A DNA stretch of 64,000 nucleotides, taken from contig NYZZ01000041.1 in assembly GCA_002687355.1 (NCBI GenBank), positions 38,156-102,155 on the forward strand, written 5' to 3'. Under the pieces are notes generated by a model that did not search any database, was not told where the DNA came from, and was given only the letters and a program-made list of their open reading frames with translations. Source of the stretch: Methanobacteriota archaeon. Its GTDB lineage: Archaea; Thermoplasmatota; Poseidoniia; MGIII; CG-Epi1. Both the position numbers and the translations under genes were made by a program. Positions 9,688 to 19,500 of the stretch are shown one piece after another (the stretch's first letter is position 1; each line of letters starts with the position of its first letter).

Positions 9688-9941
9688 CAGAGAATCCCCA
9701 GTCTATTGCTCAGGTCTTCCGCTGAATGGTCGGCCGTCAGCGTGACGATGGCGAGTTTACCTTCCTTCGTGATGCGGGTGTTAACCCGCTGTGCCTCGAC
9801 CTGAAACAGATCCTGCACCGCGGCGCGGATGTCTGGCTTGCTCGAAGTGCGAGAAACGTAGAACTCGAGCTTGTTATCATCAAGCATGTAGAGCGCACGC
9901 TCCTTCGAACGGGGGCTCAGGATAACGCGGTGTGAACTCAC
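9687..9941 (-). CDS. rpl23: 50S ribosomal protein uL23
   Basis: NKLEFYV...KPDI..AV..LF.V...VNT; position. Confidence 0.95.
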   Translation of the reverse strand: MSSHRVILSPRSKERALYMLDDNKLEFYVSRTSSKPDIRAAVQDLFQVEAQRVNTRITKEGKLAIVTLTADHSAEDLSNRLGIL

Positions 9942-10720
9942 AGTCGCGCCTCCAGCGCTTTGAGGGCAGGCTGCGAAATCACCATCAGCCGCCCCAGGTC
10001 GCCACCCGGTGCGAGCATCTCGGTGTTGAGCTGCGCCGCTGTGGTTACGTCAACTCCGCCCAGATTGCGGAACGCGCGTTCGGTGCCGTTGAATTCGGAG
10101 AGCACAACCAGCGCGCTCTTCGGTCGGCGATAGCGACGTCCACGCCGCTTGCCTTTACCGGCGCGCACCTTACGCGTCGCGCCCCGTTCGAGTTCGGCGT
10201 CCAATCCGAGCGATACGAACAGCTTCTGTGCACGGCGCGTCAGCGATTCGCCTTCGTGCTTTGCTGCAAGAGATTCAATATCCTTGCTGACGACGAAAGG
10301 CGTTGTTGCTTTTTCCGATAGCTGGTGACCGCGTCCCGCGACGAGCGTCGCGTCAGCGGTGGCCGCCAGCGCCGAACAGAATGCAACGCGGCGTTCACGT
10401 GCGTTGATTTTCTGCGGCCACTGCTTTGATGTTTTGGGCGGATGCGCCCTGCGTCCCCCGACAGTATTGGGCGCCTCTGCTCCACGCCCGTTACCCTGGA
10501 TTCGCGGCGTGCGCGCCATCCCGCGACCCTTGCCGGGCCACTCGGCCGAGTGCTGCATCCCGGCGTGGCGCGAAGGCCCGTAGGGCTGCCGCCGGTTCGC
10601 CTGTGCGGCCCGCACGGCGCGACGCACTAGGTCCTTACGTACCGGGCTGTCGAAGGCGGCCGGCAGCGCAGTCTTTGATTTCCCGACCTTGCCACTGATG
10701 CTGTAGACCGGGACTTTCAT
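9938..10720 (-). CDS. rpl4: 50S ribosomal protein uL4
   Basis: GGRRAHPPK, RAGKGKRRGR, LAPGG. Confidence 0.97.
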   Translation of the reverse strand: MKVPVYSISGKVGKSKTALPAAFDSPVRKDLVRRAVRAAQANRRQPYGPSRHAGMQHSAEWPGKGRGMARTPRIQGNGRGAEAPNTVGGRRAHPPKTSKQWPQKINARERRVAFCSALAATADATLVAGRGHQLSEKATTPFVVSKDIESLAAKHEGESLTRRAQKLFVSLGLDAELERGATRKVRAGKGKRRGRRYRRPKSALVVLSEFNGTERAFRNLGGVDVTTAAQLNTEMLAPGGDLGRLMVISQPALKALEARL

Positions 10721-10721
10721 T

Positions 10722-11732
10722 TCAGGCCCCCTGCGCAGATTCCTGCGAAAGCATCGTGATTTCCGGGGCGACCTTCGTATCGGCCGCCGTACCGTGGAAG
10801 CGAATGGCCTTGCGGAAGCGAATCAGTCGCTTGCTCGGCCCCGGCAGCGAGCCGTGGAAAAGGGCGTAAGGCCCTCGCACCAGCCCGTAGTGCAGGAAAC
10901 CCCCTTTGGGGTTGATATCGTCAGGATTGTCACCGACTCGCAGTAGCCGCTTGTTGAACTCGGTGCGCTGGTGGTAGCCGGTCTGCCCCGCCTGCGGCAC
11001 AGTTGGCTTGACATACCCAGGTTTGAACGGCCCCAGATTCCCAATCATGCGGCGATGCTTGGAATTTTTATGCGTCAGTAATTTGACTCCCCAGCGCTTG
11101 ACGTGACCCTGGAACCCCTTACCGGTCGTAATCGCAATCGCGTCCAGTATCTCTCCATCCTCGGCGAAGTCCCCCATCACTACTTCCTTACCGAGCATTT
11201 CCTTCGCGAAGGCGAGCTGCGCCGGCAAATCGCCGCCATTTATGGCGACCTCCATAACTTCTGGCTTCTTCTTCGGCACGCCTGTAATGAGTTTGGGCTG
11301 TGTCTGTACCAGTACCCGTATCTCATCTAGTTCAGCCTCTTCAAGCTGCTTCCAGCGCGCCTTGCGGTCCTGCCCCGCGGGAAGCGGCAGCCGCCGTGCG
11401 AGCACCTCGTCCAGCTCCTCGGCCCAGACCTCGCTGAAGGTTCGCAGGCCATAAGTGTCCTGAACATAGCCTCGCACGCCGACGGCGAACATTGGCGGCA
11501 CCTCAACCACAGTCACTGGCATTCGCACTTCCTGCCCTGCGGTCGTCGAAGAACGGCGGTAGTCTATCGCCATGATGTGGGTCATTCCGACCTTGTAGCC
11601 CGCGAATCCCTGCAGTCGTGGCTCGCTGTTGCTGCCAACCGGCCAGCTGGAGACGTGCGGCGTTTCCGAACGCGCACGCTTGCGTGGGCTGTAGGCGCGA
11701 GAGCCTCGTCTGGGTTTGTGGGTCTTCGGCAT
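10722..11732 (-). CDS. rpl3: 50S ribosomal protein uL3
   Basis: PRRGS..YSPRKR, GYKVGMTH, GQTGYHQRTE. Confidence 0.98.
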   Translation of the reverse strand: MPKTHKPRRGSRAYSPRKRARSETPHVSSWPVGSNSEPRLQGFAGYKVGMTHIMAIDYRRSSTTAGQEVRMPVTVVEVPPMFAVGVRGYVQDTYGLRTFSEVWAEELDEVLARRLPLPAGQDRKARWKQLEEAELDEIRVLVQTQPKLITGVPKKKPEVMEVAINGGDLPAQLAFAKEMLGKEVVMGDFAEDGEILDAIAITTGKGFQGHVKRWGVKLLTHKNSKHRRMIGNLGPFKPGYVKPTVPQAGQTGYHQRTEFNKRLLRVGDNPDDINPKGGFLHYGLVRGPYALFHGSLPGPSKRLIRFRKAIRFHGTAADTKVAPEITMLSQESAQGA

Positions 11733-11741
11733 ATGCTGGCT

Positions 11742-11880
11742 TGCGCTCTCCCGTAGTAGGGACAGGCGCAGAACCGCGCTCTCCCGGGCAAACCGTGACG
11801 TCGTTTCCCGACGAGCAGGAATTAGCTCGCGGGGTGCAGGGATGATTACCCCAAACGTCTGGTTCAGCCAGGCGCGGCTC
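11742..11880 (-). ncRNA. Putative structured cis-regulatory leader of the r-protein operon
   Basis: Closing stem GAGCCGCGC/GCGCGGUUC (G-U favours minus strand), four inner hairpins, a second hairpin repeating the same internal-loop motif; lies between the TATA box and the rpl3 ATG. Confidence 0.6.
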
Positions 11881-11896
11881 GCGTCGAAAAACGGAC

Positions 11897-11906
11897 CCTA
11901 TATAAG
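11897..11906 (-). promoter_or_regulatory. TATA box of the r-protein operon
   Basis: CTTATATAGG on minus strand about 20 nt upstream of the structured leader. Confidence 0.6.
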
Positions 11907-11920
11907 CGCTGCCTTCGTTT

Positions 11921-13096
11921 TCACGACGATAACTCTACTTCAATCGCTGTCGCCATGCCTCCCCCCAAGCATGCAGTCGCGAAACCACGCTGGCCGCCAG
12001 TGCGACGCAGCGCGCTGACGAGCGTGATGACGATGCGCGCGCCGGAGCAGCCGATGGGGTGGCCCAGCGCGACCGCGCCGCCGCATGGGTTCAGCTTCGC
12101 GTGCTGCAGACCGAGTCCACGCATCACTGCCACCGACGCGGAAGCGAACGCCTCGTTGTGTTCGTAAAGGTCGTAATCTACCTCGGAACGGCCGCGTTGA
12201 GCCCAGAGCAGTTGTACTGTGGGGACCGGCGCCCACATAACATCCATGGGCGCAAGCCCAGTTGCTGCCTGCGCCGTGATGGTCGCCAGTGGCGCGATAT
12301 CGTGCTCCGCGGCAGTCTCGCGCGCCATCACTACCAGTGCCGCTCCCCCATCGGAAATCTGTGACGCGTTGCCGGCAGTCACGACACCACGATCGCCAAA
12401 GACCGGTTTCAGTACGGCCAAGGTTTCTGCCGACGCGTCGGGTCGGACGCCCTCGTCGCGTGTCACGTCACCTTGCGGCGTGGCTACAGGGGTGATTTCG
12501 TCCGTATACCAGCCTGCGTCAGTAGCGTGCGTGGCGCGGTGGTGTGACTCGAGCGCGAAGGCGTCGCTGTCGGCTCGACTGACGTCGTGCTCCGCGGCGA
12601 TGTGGTCACCAGTACACCCCATTGCAATGTCGTGGTAAGGGTCGCAGAGTCCGTCGTGGAACAGGTGGTCGATCGGCTCTGTCGAAGAGTCAGGCTTCCA
12701 CTTCTGACGACCAATGAGAAATGGCGTGCGCGACATAGACTCCATCCCACCCGCGACGACGACGTCACGCTCGCCAGCGCGGATGCTGTTGGCGGCGTTC
12801 ATCAATGCTTTCATCCCTGAGCCGCACATTTTGTTGATATTGTACGCCGGGACTGCGTCAGGAATCCCACCGCTGAGCGCCGCTTGGCGGGCAGGGTGTT
12901 GCCCTAGCCCAGCCGAAAGCACAATCCCCATCACTACCTCTTCGACCATTTCCGGTGCGATGCTGGCACGGGCGATTGCGGCCCGAATGGCGATTGCACC
13001 GAGTTCGGGTGCATCGACCTCGGCCAGCGCGCCGCCGAACTTGCCCTGCGGTGTGCGCGCGAAGCTGACGATAACTGGGTCTCGCTTACCGGGCAT
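11921..13096 (-). CDS. Acetyl-CoA C-acetyltransferase (thiolase)
   Basis: RTPQGKFGG, NKMCGSG, NEAF, GHPIGCSG, CLGGG; true start MPGKRDP at 13096. Confidence 0.95.
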   Translation of the reverse strand: MPGKRDPVIVSFARTPQGKFGGALAEVDAPELGAIAIRAAIARASIAPEMVEEVVMGIVLSAGLGQHPARQAALSGGIPDAVPAYNINKMCGSGMKALMNAANSIRAGERDVVVAGGMESMSRTPFLIGRQKWKPDSSTEPIDHLFHDGLCDPYHDIAMGCTGDHIAAEHDVSRADSDAFALESHHRATHATDAGWYTDEITPVATPQGDVTRDEGVRPDASAETLAVLKPVFGDRGVVTAGNASQISDGGAALVVMARETAAEHDIAPLATITAQAATGLAPMDVMWAPVPTVQLLWAQRGRSEVDYDLYEHNEAFASASVAVMRGLGLQHAKLNPCGGAVALGHPIGCSGARIVITLVSALRRTGGQRGFATACLGGGMATAIEVELSS

Positions 13097-13170
13097 GGGA
13101 CTTCCACCGTCAAGTTCGTAAAAGCACTTGGGGGAAGCCATTAAACCAAGAGCAGGGTCCGCAGCGCGCG

Positions 13171-15663
13171 ATGCCGGAATTCCGGATTTCCGAGAAACGC
13201 TGGTCAGTTGACCTAGAGCAGCGAATCCAGAAGGAGCACTACGCCGATGACGAGGTGTACCAGCGCCGCTATGGCTTCGACCCCGCTTCAGGGCGCGAGC
13301 TGTTCGTAATTGACACGCCGCCACCCTACCCATCGGGAACTTGGCACATCGGTGCTGTCGCGCACTACTCGATGATTGACGTTATCGCGCGCACCCAGCG
13401 CCTGCTTGGCAAGGATGTAAAATTCCCATGGGGCGTTGACCGCAACGGCATCAATGTCGAGTTTACTGTCGAGAAGAAGCACGGCCGCAAGATGCGTAGC
13501 TGGGAGCGTGGTGAATTCCTGGATTTGTGCCGCGAAACCATTGAATCTTACACTCGCGAAATGCGACATATCGCGCGCCGCGTTGGCCTCTCGTGTGATT
13601 TTGCTAATGAATACCAGACCGACGCCGCAGATTATCGCTCGGTAACGCAGTCCATCTTCGTTGATCTGTTTCGCCGCGGTGAGATAGTCGAGGCGTTGCG
13701 ACCGAACCTCTACGACCCGGTCGAGGGCACCACTATCGCCGAGGCAGAGGTGATGCGGTTGCAGCGTCAGGCCAAATTGTTAGACGTGCGTTGGTCGCCC
13801 ACCGACGGCGGTGATGACGTAATCATCTCGACTACGCGCCCTGAACTTATCTGCGCCTGTGGTGTCGTCATCGTCCATCCCGATGACGAACGCTATGCAC
13901 ATCTTGTCGGCAGCAAGCTGCAGCTACCGCTGCCAGTGGGTGATCGTCTCGCTGAGGTGGAAGTGCGCACTCGCTCTAGTGTTGACATGGAATTCGGTAG
14001 TGGAGTGCTGATGGTGTGCAGTTTCGGTGATCAGAACGACGTTGCCGTCTTTCGCGAAATGCGGCTGGAACCATTCCCTGCCATTAGTCTTGACGGTTGC
14101 ATGACTGAAGTTGCTGGCCCGCTCGCCGGTCTGCCGGTGGCGGAGGCGCGAAAGCGCGCGATTGAGCTTCTCGAAACGGATGAACGCATCGCCGCCAGTG
14201 TCGAGCGCAATCAGGAGATCCCAGTCTCAGAGCGCGGTAAGAATCCAATCGAGATTATCCTGCTCAAGGAGTGGTATGTGCGGCAGACGCACATCTTGGA
14301 GCGGATGCGCGAGTTGGCTGACGAAATCAATTTCGTCCCACTACGCAACAAGCAGTTCCTGCTTGACTGGATGGACGGCATCACCATCGACTGGCCGGTT
14401 TCACGCCGCCGTTGGTACCACACCGAAATCCCAGTATGGTATTCCGCTGACCGCACGCGCGTCATCGTGCCACCCGCCGGTAGCTACGTCCAGCCCTGGC
14501 GCGAGGCACCTCCTGCCGGTTCAACGGTCTTGGACCGTGAAAGCCGCGTAGAGTTGGGAAGCTATGAAACGCTCGCGAAGGAGCTAGGGGAGCTTGAGGG
14601 CGAAGAGAAGGTATTCGACACTTGGATGGACTCGTCGAATTCGAACCTGTTCGTCAGCGGGTACCTTCGTGATGACGAACTCTTCGCTCACTCGTTCCCG
14701 ACTACGCTACGCCCGCAGGGAAAGGAAATAGTTCGCACTTGGCTCTACTACACACTACTCAAGAGCGCGCTATTACTCGATAAGCCGGGCTTTGCCAACG
14801 TCTGGATTGACGGGTTGGGGATGGACCCGTGGGGGCGCAAAATGTCCAAGTCGCTCGGCAATGGTATTGACGCAGAGTCGGTGCTCGAGTGCGGTGCTGC
14901 TGGTCGCACCGGCGCATGGAAAATTCGTGGCCCGGGCGGCAAGCAGGTGACGCTGCGCGCCAACAAGGTGGGCTCTGAGTGTTTCCGGCTCTGGAAGGCG
15001 TGCGACGCGCAAGTGGGCGACGACTTTCAGATTAACCCGGAGGAAATTGAGGCGAAATATTTTGGGGTGCTCACGAAGATTTTCAATGTCGCGCGCTTCG
15101 CATCGCAGTTCCCTGTTCCGGTAATGGAGCAGCATCCCGAACTGGCACCGGAGGACCGCTGGCTGCTGGCCGAGTTCAGTGCAGTGCTCGAGACGGTCCA
15201 GCATGGCTACTCTGCTATCGACATCTTCCGCAGCGGACAAGCGCTGAAGCAGTTCGGCACCGGCCTCTTCCCAGGCCACTGGCTCGAGATGGCCAAGCAA
15301 CGGCTCTACTCTGGCAACGCCTCAGCAACCTGGACGCTGCACCGGACGCTGCACGATCTGTTGGTAATGCTCTCGCCCATTTGCCCATTCTTCTGCCATT
15401 TCCTGTCGGAAACACTCTACGGCCATAGCGCCGTCGAGAAGCGCGAGTTTCCCATGCCGCCGCTGACCGAGTTAGCCGTAAATGCCTCGGAAGGCGACCG
15501 ACTACGTGGCCTGACTACTGCACTGGTCGAGTTTAATTCGGCAACTTGGAAGTCGAAGAAGGACGCCGGGCTCTCGCTCGCGGCCGAAATTACCGGAATC
15601 ACCGTACCGGACGTGCTCGAGGAGTTCAATGACGCCTTACAGGCGATGCATAAGTTGGCTTGA
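13171..15663 (+). CDS. valS: Valine--tRNA ligase
   Basis: IDTPPPYPSG-WHIGA (HIGH variant), STTRPEL, DWPVSRRR, DTWMDSS, KMSKS. Confidence 0.93.
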   Translation: MPEFRISEKRWSVDLEQRIQKEHYADDEVYQRRYGFDPASGRELFVIDTPPPYPSGTWHIGAVAHYSMIDVIARTQRLLGKDVKFPWGVDRNGINVEFTVEKKHGRKMRSWERGEFLDLCRETIESYTREMRHIARRVGLSCDFANEYQTDAADYRSVTQSIFVDLFRRGEIVEALRPNLYDPVEGTTIAEAEVMRLQRQAKLLDVRWSPTDGGDDVIISTTRPELICACGVVIVHPDDERYAHLVGSKLQLPLPVGDRLAEVEVRTRSSVDMEFGSGVLMVCSFGDQNDVAVFREMRLEPFPAISLDGCMTEVAGPLAGLPVAEARKRAIELLETDERIAASVERNQEIPVSERGKNPIEIILLKEWYVRQTHILERMRELADEINFVPLRNKQFLLDWMDGITIDWPVSRRRWYHTEIPVWYSADRTRVIVPPAGSYVQPWREAPPAGSTVLDRESRVELGSYETLAKELGELEGEEKVFDTWMDSSNSNLFVSGYLRDDELFAHSFPTTLRPQGKEIVRTWLYYTLLKSALLLDKPGFANVWIDGLGMDPWGRKMSKSLGNGIDAESVLECGAAGRTGAWKIRGPGGKQVTLRANKVGSECFRLWKACDAQVGDDFQINPEEIEAKYFGVLTKIFNVARFASQFPVPVMEQHPELAPEDRWLLAEFSAVLETVQHGYSAIDIFRSGQALKQFGTGLFPGHWLEMAKQRLYSGNASATWTLHRTLHDLLVMLSPICPFFCHFLSETLYGHSAVEKREFPMPPLTELAVNASEGDRLRGLTTALVEFNSATWKSKKDAGLSLAAEITGITVPDVLEEFNDALQAMHKLA

Positions 15664-15678
15664 TTTTCCTGACGACTA

Positions 15679-16500
15679 CTATTTAAATTTACGCAGCGCA
15701 TTTATGACATCAATCGCCTGCCGCGTTGCTGCGACATCATGTACGCGTACGATGTCGGCGCCCGCCAGCGCAGCGGTGACCGCAGCGGCGAGTGAGCCAG
15801 GCAGCCGCTGCTCAGGTCCAGCACCTACTAGCATCTCCAGCCATGACTTGCGGCTGGCACCGAGAAGCATACCACCAGCAATATCCTTGAACTCGTCCAA
15901 CCGCGCCATCAGCGCTAAATTGTGCTCTAATGTTTTTCCAAAACCGATACCGGGATCGATGATGAGCTGGTCACGCATGATGCCTGCTTCCTCTGCGGCA
16001 GCGACCCGTTTTGCCAGCCACAACTTTACGTCAGCGACAATCTCGTTGTAATCGGGGTTGCGCTGCATTGTCTCTGGTGTACCCTGCATGTGCATTACCA
16101 CCACTGGAACGCCCAGCTTCGCCACTGCGGCAACCATTTCCGGATCACGCAGACCGCCGACGTCGTTAATCAGCACAGCACCAGCTTCCACGGCATCGCA
16201 CGCGATTGCCGGCTTGCGCGAGTCAATTGAAATCGGGATTTTCAGCTCTGCAGCGAGCGCAGCGATGACTGGCACGACTCGCTCTCGCTCCTCTGCTTCC
16301 GGAATTGGAGGTGCACCGGGGCGAGTGGACTCTCCGCCGACATCGATGATTTCAGCGCCATCTTCGACCATCTCACGTCCACGCGCGATTGCTGTTACAG
16401 TTGTACTATAGCGCCCCCGGTCGTAGAATGAGTCTGGCGTGACGTTCAGGACACCCATTACGCGACAGCGACCGTCCAGCTCTAGGCTACCGATGTGCAT
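15679..16500 (-). CDS. folP: Dihydropteroate synthase
   Basis: MGVLNVTPDSFYD, GGESTRPG, DPGIGFGK, SRK, RVHDV. Confidence 0.96.
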   Translation of the reverse strand: MHIGSLELDGRCRVMGVLNVTPDSFYDRGRYSTTVTAIARGREMVEDGAEIIDVGGESTRPGAPPIPEAEERERVVPVIAALAAELKIPISIDSRKPAIACDAVEAGAVLINDVGGLRDPEMVAAVAKLGVPVVVMHMQGTPETMQRNPDYNEIVADVKLWLAKRVAAAEEAGIMRDQLIIDPGIGFGKTLEHNLALMARLDEFKDIAGGMLLGASRKSWLEMLVGAGPEQRLPGSLAAAVTAALAGADIVRVHDVAATRQAIDVINALRKFK

Positions 16501-19500
16501 CTATTCGCGTAGGACGAATTGCGACTGGCAATGAGGGCAGCCAACTTGGATGGGGCGCTGCGGTGTGTGGACTGCAAGAGTGCTGTTACATGATGGGCAC
16601 GCCAGCTCGAGCGGACCGTCCACAGTGTCGTCAAACTCTGCTTCGCCACCGTCGCCGCGCAACCACCCTATCCCCATCGCACCACCTGCCAGCAGTACCG
16701 TTCCGAGCAGTACCAATCCTAGCAGTTTCATCAAGTCCAATCCTCCCTCGTCGCCGTCGTCAGTAGTAGTTACGGCCGCCTTGACCGTCACCTGCACCTC
16801 ATTGCTCCCGGTTCTTTCGCCGCGCTCATCTTCGACCCACACCGCTGCGGTGTAGGTGCCGGGGGTGTTGAACACCTTGCTGAAGCTGCTCTTGTCATAG
16901 TCGTTAAGCAGGTTTACCTCACGACCCATTGGATCTGTCACGGTCCAGTCAAAGCTCAGCGCCGTATTGTCTCCGTCCGGGTCACTTGACTCAGCCGCCG
17001 AGAAAGTGACCGCCTCGCCGGTCTGCACCTCAATCCCGGTATCTGATGTTATAGGATTCCCCTGAACGAAGACCGTCACTCTCGCCATTGCTAGTGGTGG
17101 TTGGTTAGTGGCTCGCGTGACCGTTACGTAGAATGGGTCTGATGGTGCGCTAGTGAGCAGGTCGTCATCACCCAGCCCCGATGATAATTCACGCACGATA
17201 AGTTTTGCTTGATAGGTAATCTGATTGTTACCGGCTGGCAGGGTGTAGTTGTAGCCGTTACCAGTCAGGCCGGAGTTATCAACCTCCAGGAACTGCCCGT
17301 TGACCAGCTTGAAGACCCAGTCACCGCTACCGACGGACTTGCGAACTAAATCTCCGCTATCTAAATCACCGTCTGGGTTGAAGATTGGGTTGCGGTAGAG
17401 CAGTGTTACTCCCCCATCCTCCAGCCAGTCACTATAGATCCCATCGCCCAAAATGAGTCGGTACTCCAAATCAGCCCGGTCGTCCGGGTCGTACGAGGTG
17501 GAGAAGTCAAAGGTAACATACTCGCCCAGTGCGACAGACGTAGTGTTGCCGTTCAGCATCGCTATCGGTTGGCTGTTGGCCTTTACTGTCAGCGAGAGTA
17601 CGACTTCTTCTGACGGCAGATTCCTGCTATCGCGTACCTGAACCCGTATTAGGTATTCACCTGGATTGGTGAATTCAATATCTTCATCCCAGTCATTGCG
17701 CCAGGAGGTCCACCCCCCCGCGTAGAAGCGGTACTGCAGGTTAGGCACTTCGTCATCGGCATCCGCCATACCGTCGGTGGTTTCGTTGTCCCACGAGCCT
17801 CTGGCATCAACCCTCACCTTCTCATTGACCCACACCGTCGCGGTATCGAGTGTGGCGACCGCGTGCGGTGCATCGTTGGGCACTCCGTCCACATTTAAGG
17901 TAGTGAAGTCGGCGTTGTTGCTCTTGCGCGTCTCCTGACTAGAAAGGTCAATAACCTCAGCATACACTTCGTGGTAGCCTGGATCCAGATCCAGGTAGCC
18001 CCAGCCCAGTTCTAGGCTCAGCTCGGCCCCTGACGCGAGTGCCTGGCAGCCGTCTGGTTGGTTTGGCTCACTAACGCGACACGTGAACTCGCGCACCTCA
18101 TTCGACGAGCGTGGTTCCCCATCATAGATAGTAAGTCGCCATTCCGAAGTCGCGGCACCGCCCACGTTGCGGAAGGTGACGTTCACTTGCAAGTCATTGT
18201 CTTCGTTGGGCTGGTCGCTCTCGGCTGGTGCCGGCTCTTCACCGCCGACTCCGCTCCAGCTAATGGCGATATCGTCGCCCACCACCACCAAATCGGGGGT
18301 ACTGGTCTGTCCCACAGAGGTCATGACCCACAGGTAGACATTGCTTCCTGTGATGATTTCAGGGACTCCATCATTTTGTAGGTCAGCTATCTCCAATCCC
18401 CCATAGTGGGCGGTCATCCCGGAGAGTGAGCTAGTATGGGCTTCGTAATCCCGGGTCTCGCCATCGTAAACCCAGAGTTGGCCGCCATTGGTGCCCCACG
18501 CAATCTCGGAATGAGTATCATTGTCGAAGTCCCCACCGGCAATACCCCAGACGGAACCATAGTCAACTTCGCGGCTCCACTCCAGTGCGCGGCTCTCGCC
18601 GTTGTAAATGATAACGCGTGCCTTTTCGTCACCTTTCTTAGCGGTGCCAACTAGGATTTCGTTGCCTCCATCGTCATCCACATCAGTCAGGGCCAATCCA
18701 TACGCCTCACTCCGGTCAGTATCGATGATGTCCCCGTCGAGTTCATAGCTGCCGCCACTGGCGTGGTAGACTCGCACACTCCCCGACGCGGTGCCCGCTA
18801 CCAGTTCGTTCTGCGCGTCGTCATCGGCATTGCCGGTCGCCAGCCCCACTACGACTTCTTCTAGGTCGCCGCTGCCCCACTCCTCGCCGTAGCTGCTGCC
18901 GTCATAGCCGAATACCCGCACTTCACCATGTGGGTATGGAGTCACGGTGCTTCCTGACAGGACATACTCAATGTAGCCGGTGGCAACGCCGATTTCAGGG
19001 TAAGTAGAGCCGTCCAACTCCGTCACTGACAACCCCAGTGCCGAGTCGATGTTGTCGCTCTGGTAGCTCTGGGTAAAGCTATTGCCAGAGCGGTCGAAGA
19101 TGTAGAGATAACCTTCGCTTCCCTCACCATCCACGCGTCCTTCGTCAGGGGCACCGGTGCTGATTACAATTTCCACATCATTATCGTTGTCCACGTCCGC
19201 CACCACGATACCAACAGGCAGCTTCTCCATTACAGGGCTGACCCAGTCCACGACGTGCGTTTCACCGTCAAAGGCAACAACCTGTCCTGAGCCGCAGCCG
19301 ACCAGTACTTCCAGTGCCGGGTCATCATCAATATCGCCAGCAGCGACCCCCCAGGTCTGTCCGCCTCGCAAGCTGTAGACCGGGCTCCACTCACCCTGCT
19401 GGGGCTCGGTGCTCCAGACTAGTTGCGGGTCGTTGTTACCATCAATTTCCCACGCCTTCAGGACGCCATCATCACCACCGTGGATGACCCACGGTTTGGT

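Noticed and set aside
13097-13333. N-terminal extension of thiolase in the ORF track
   Set aside because: Overlaps the divergent valS; thiolase homology begins at ATG 13096
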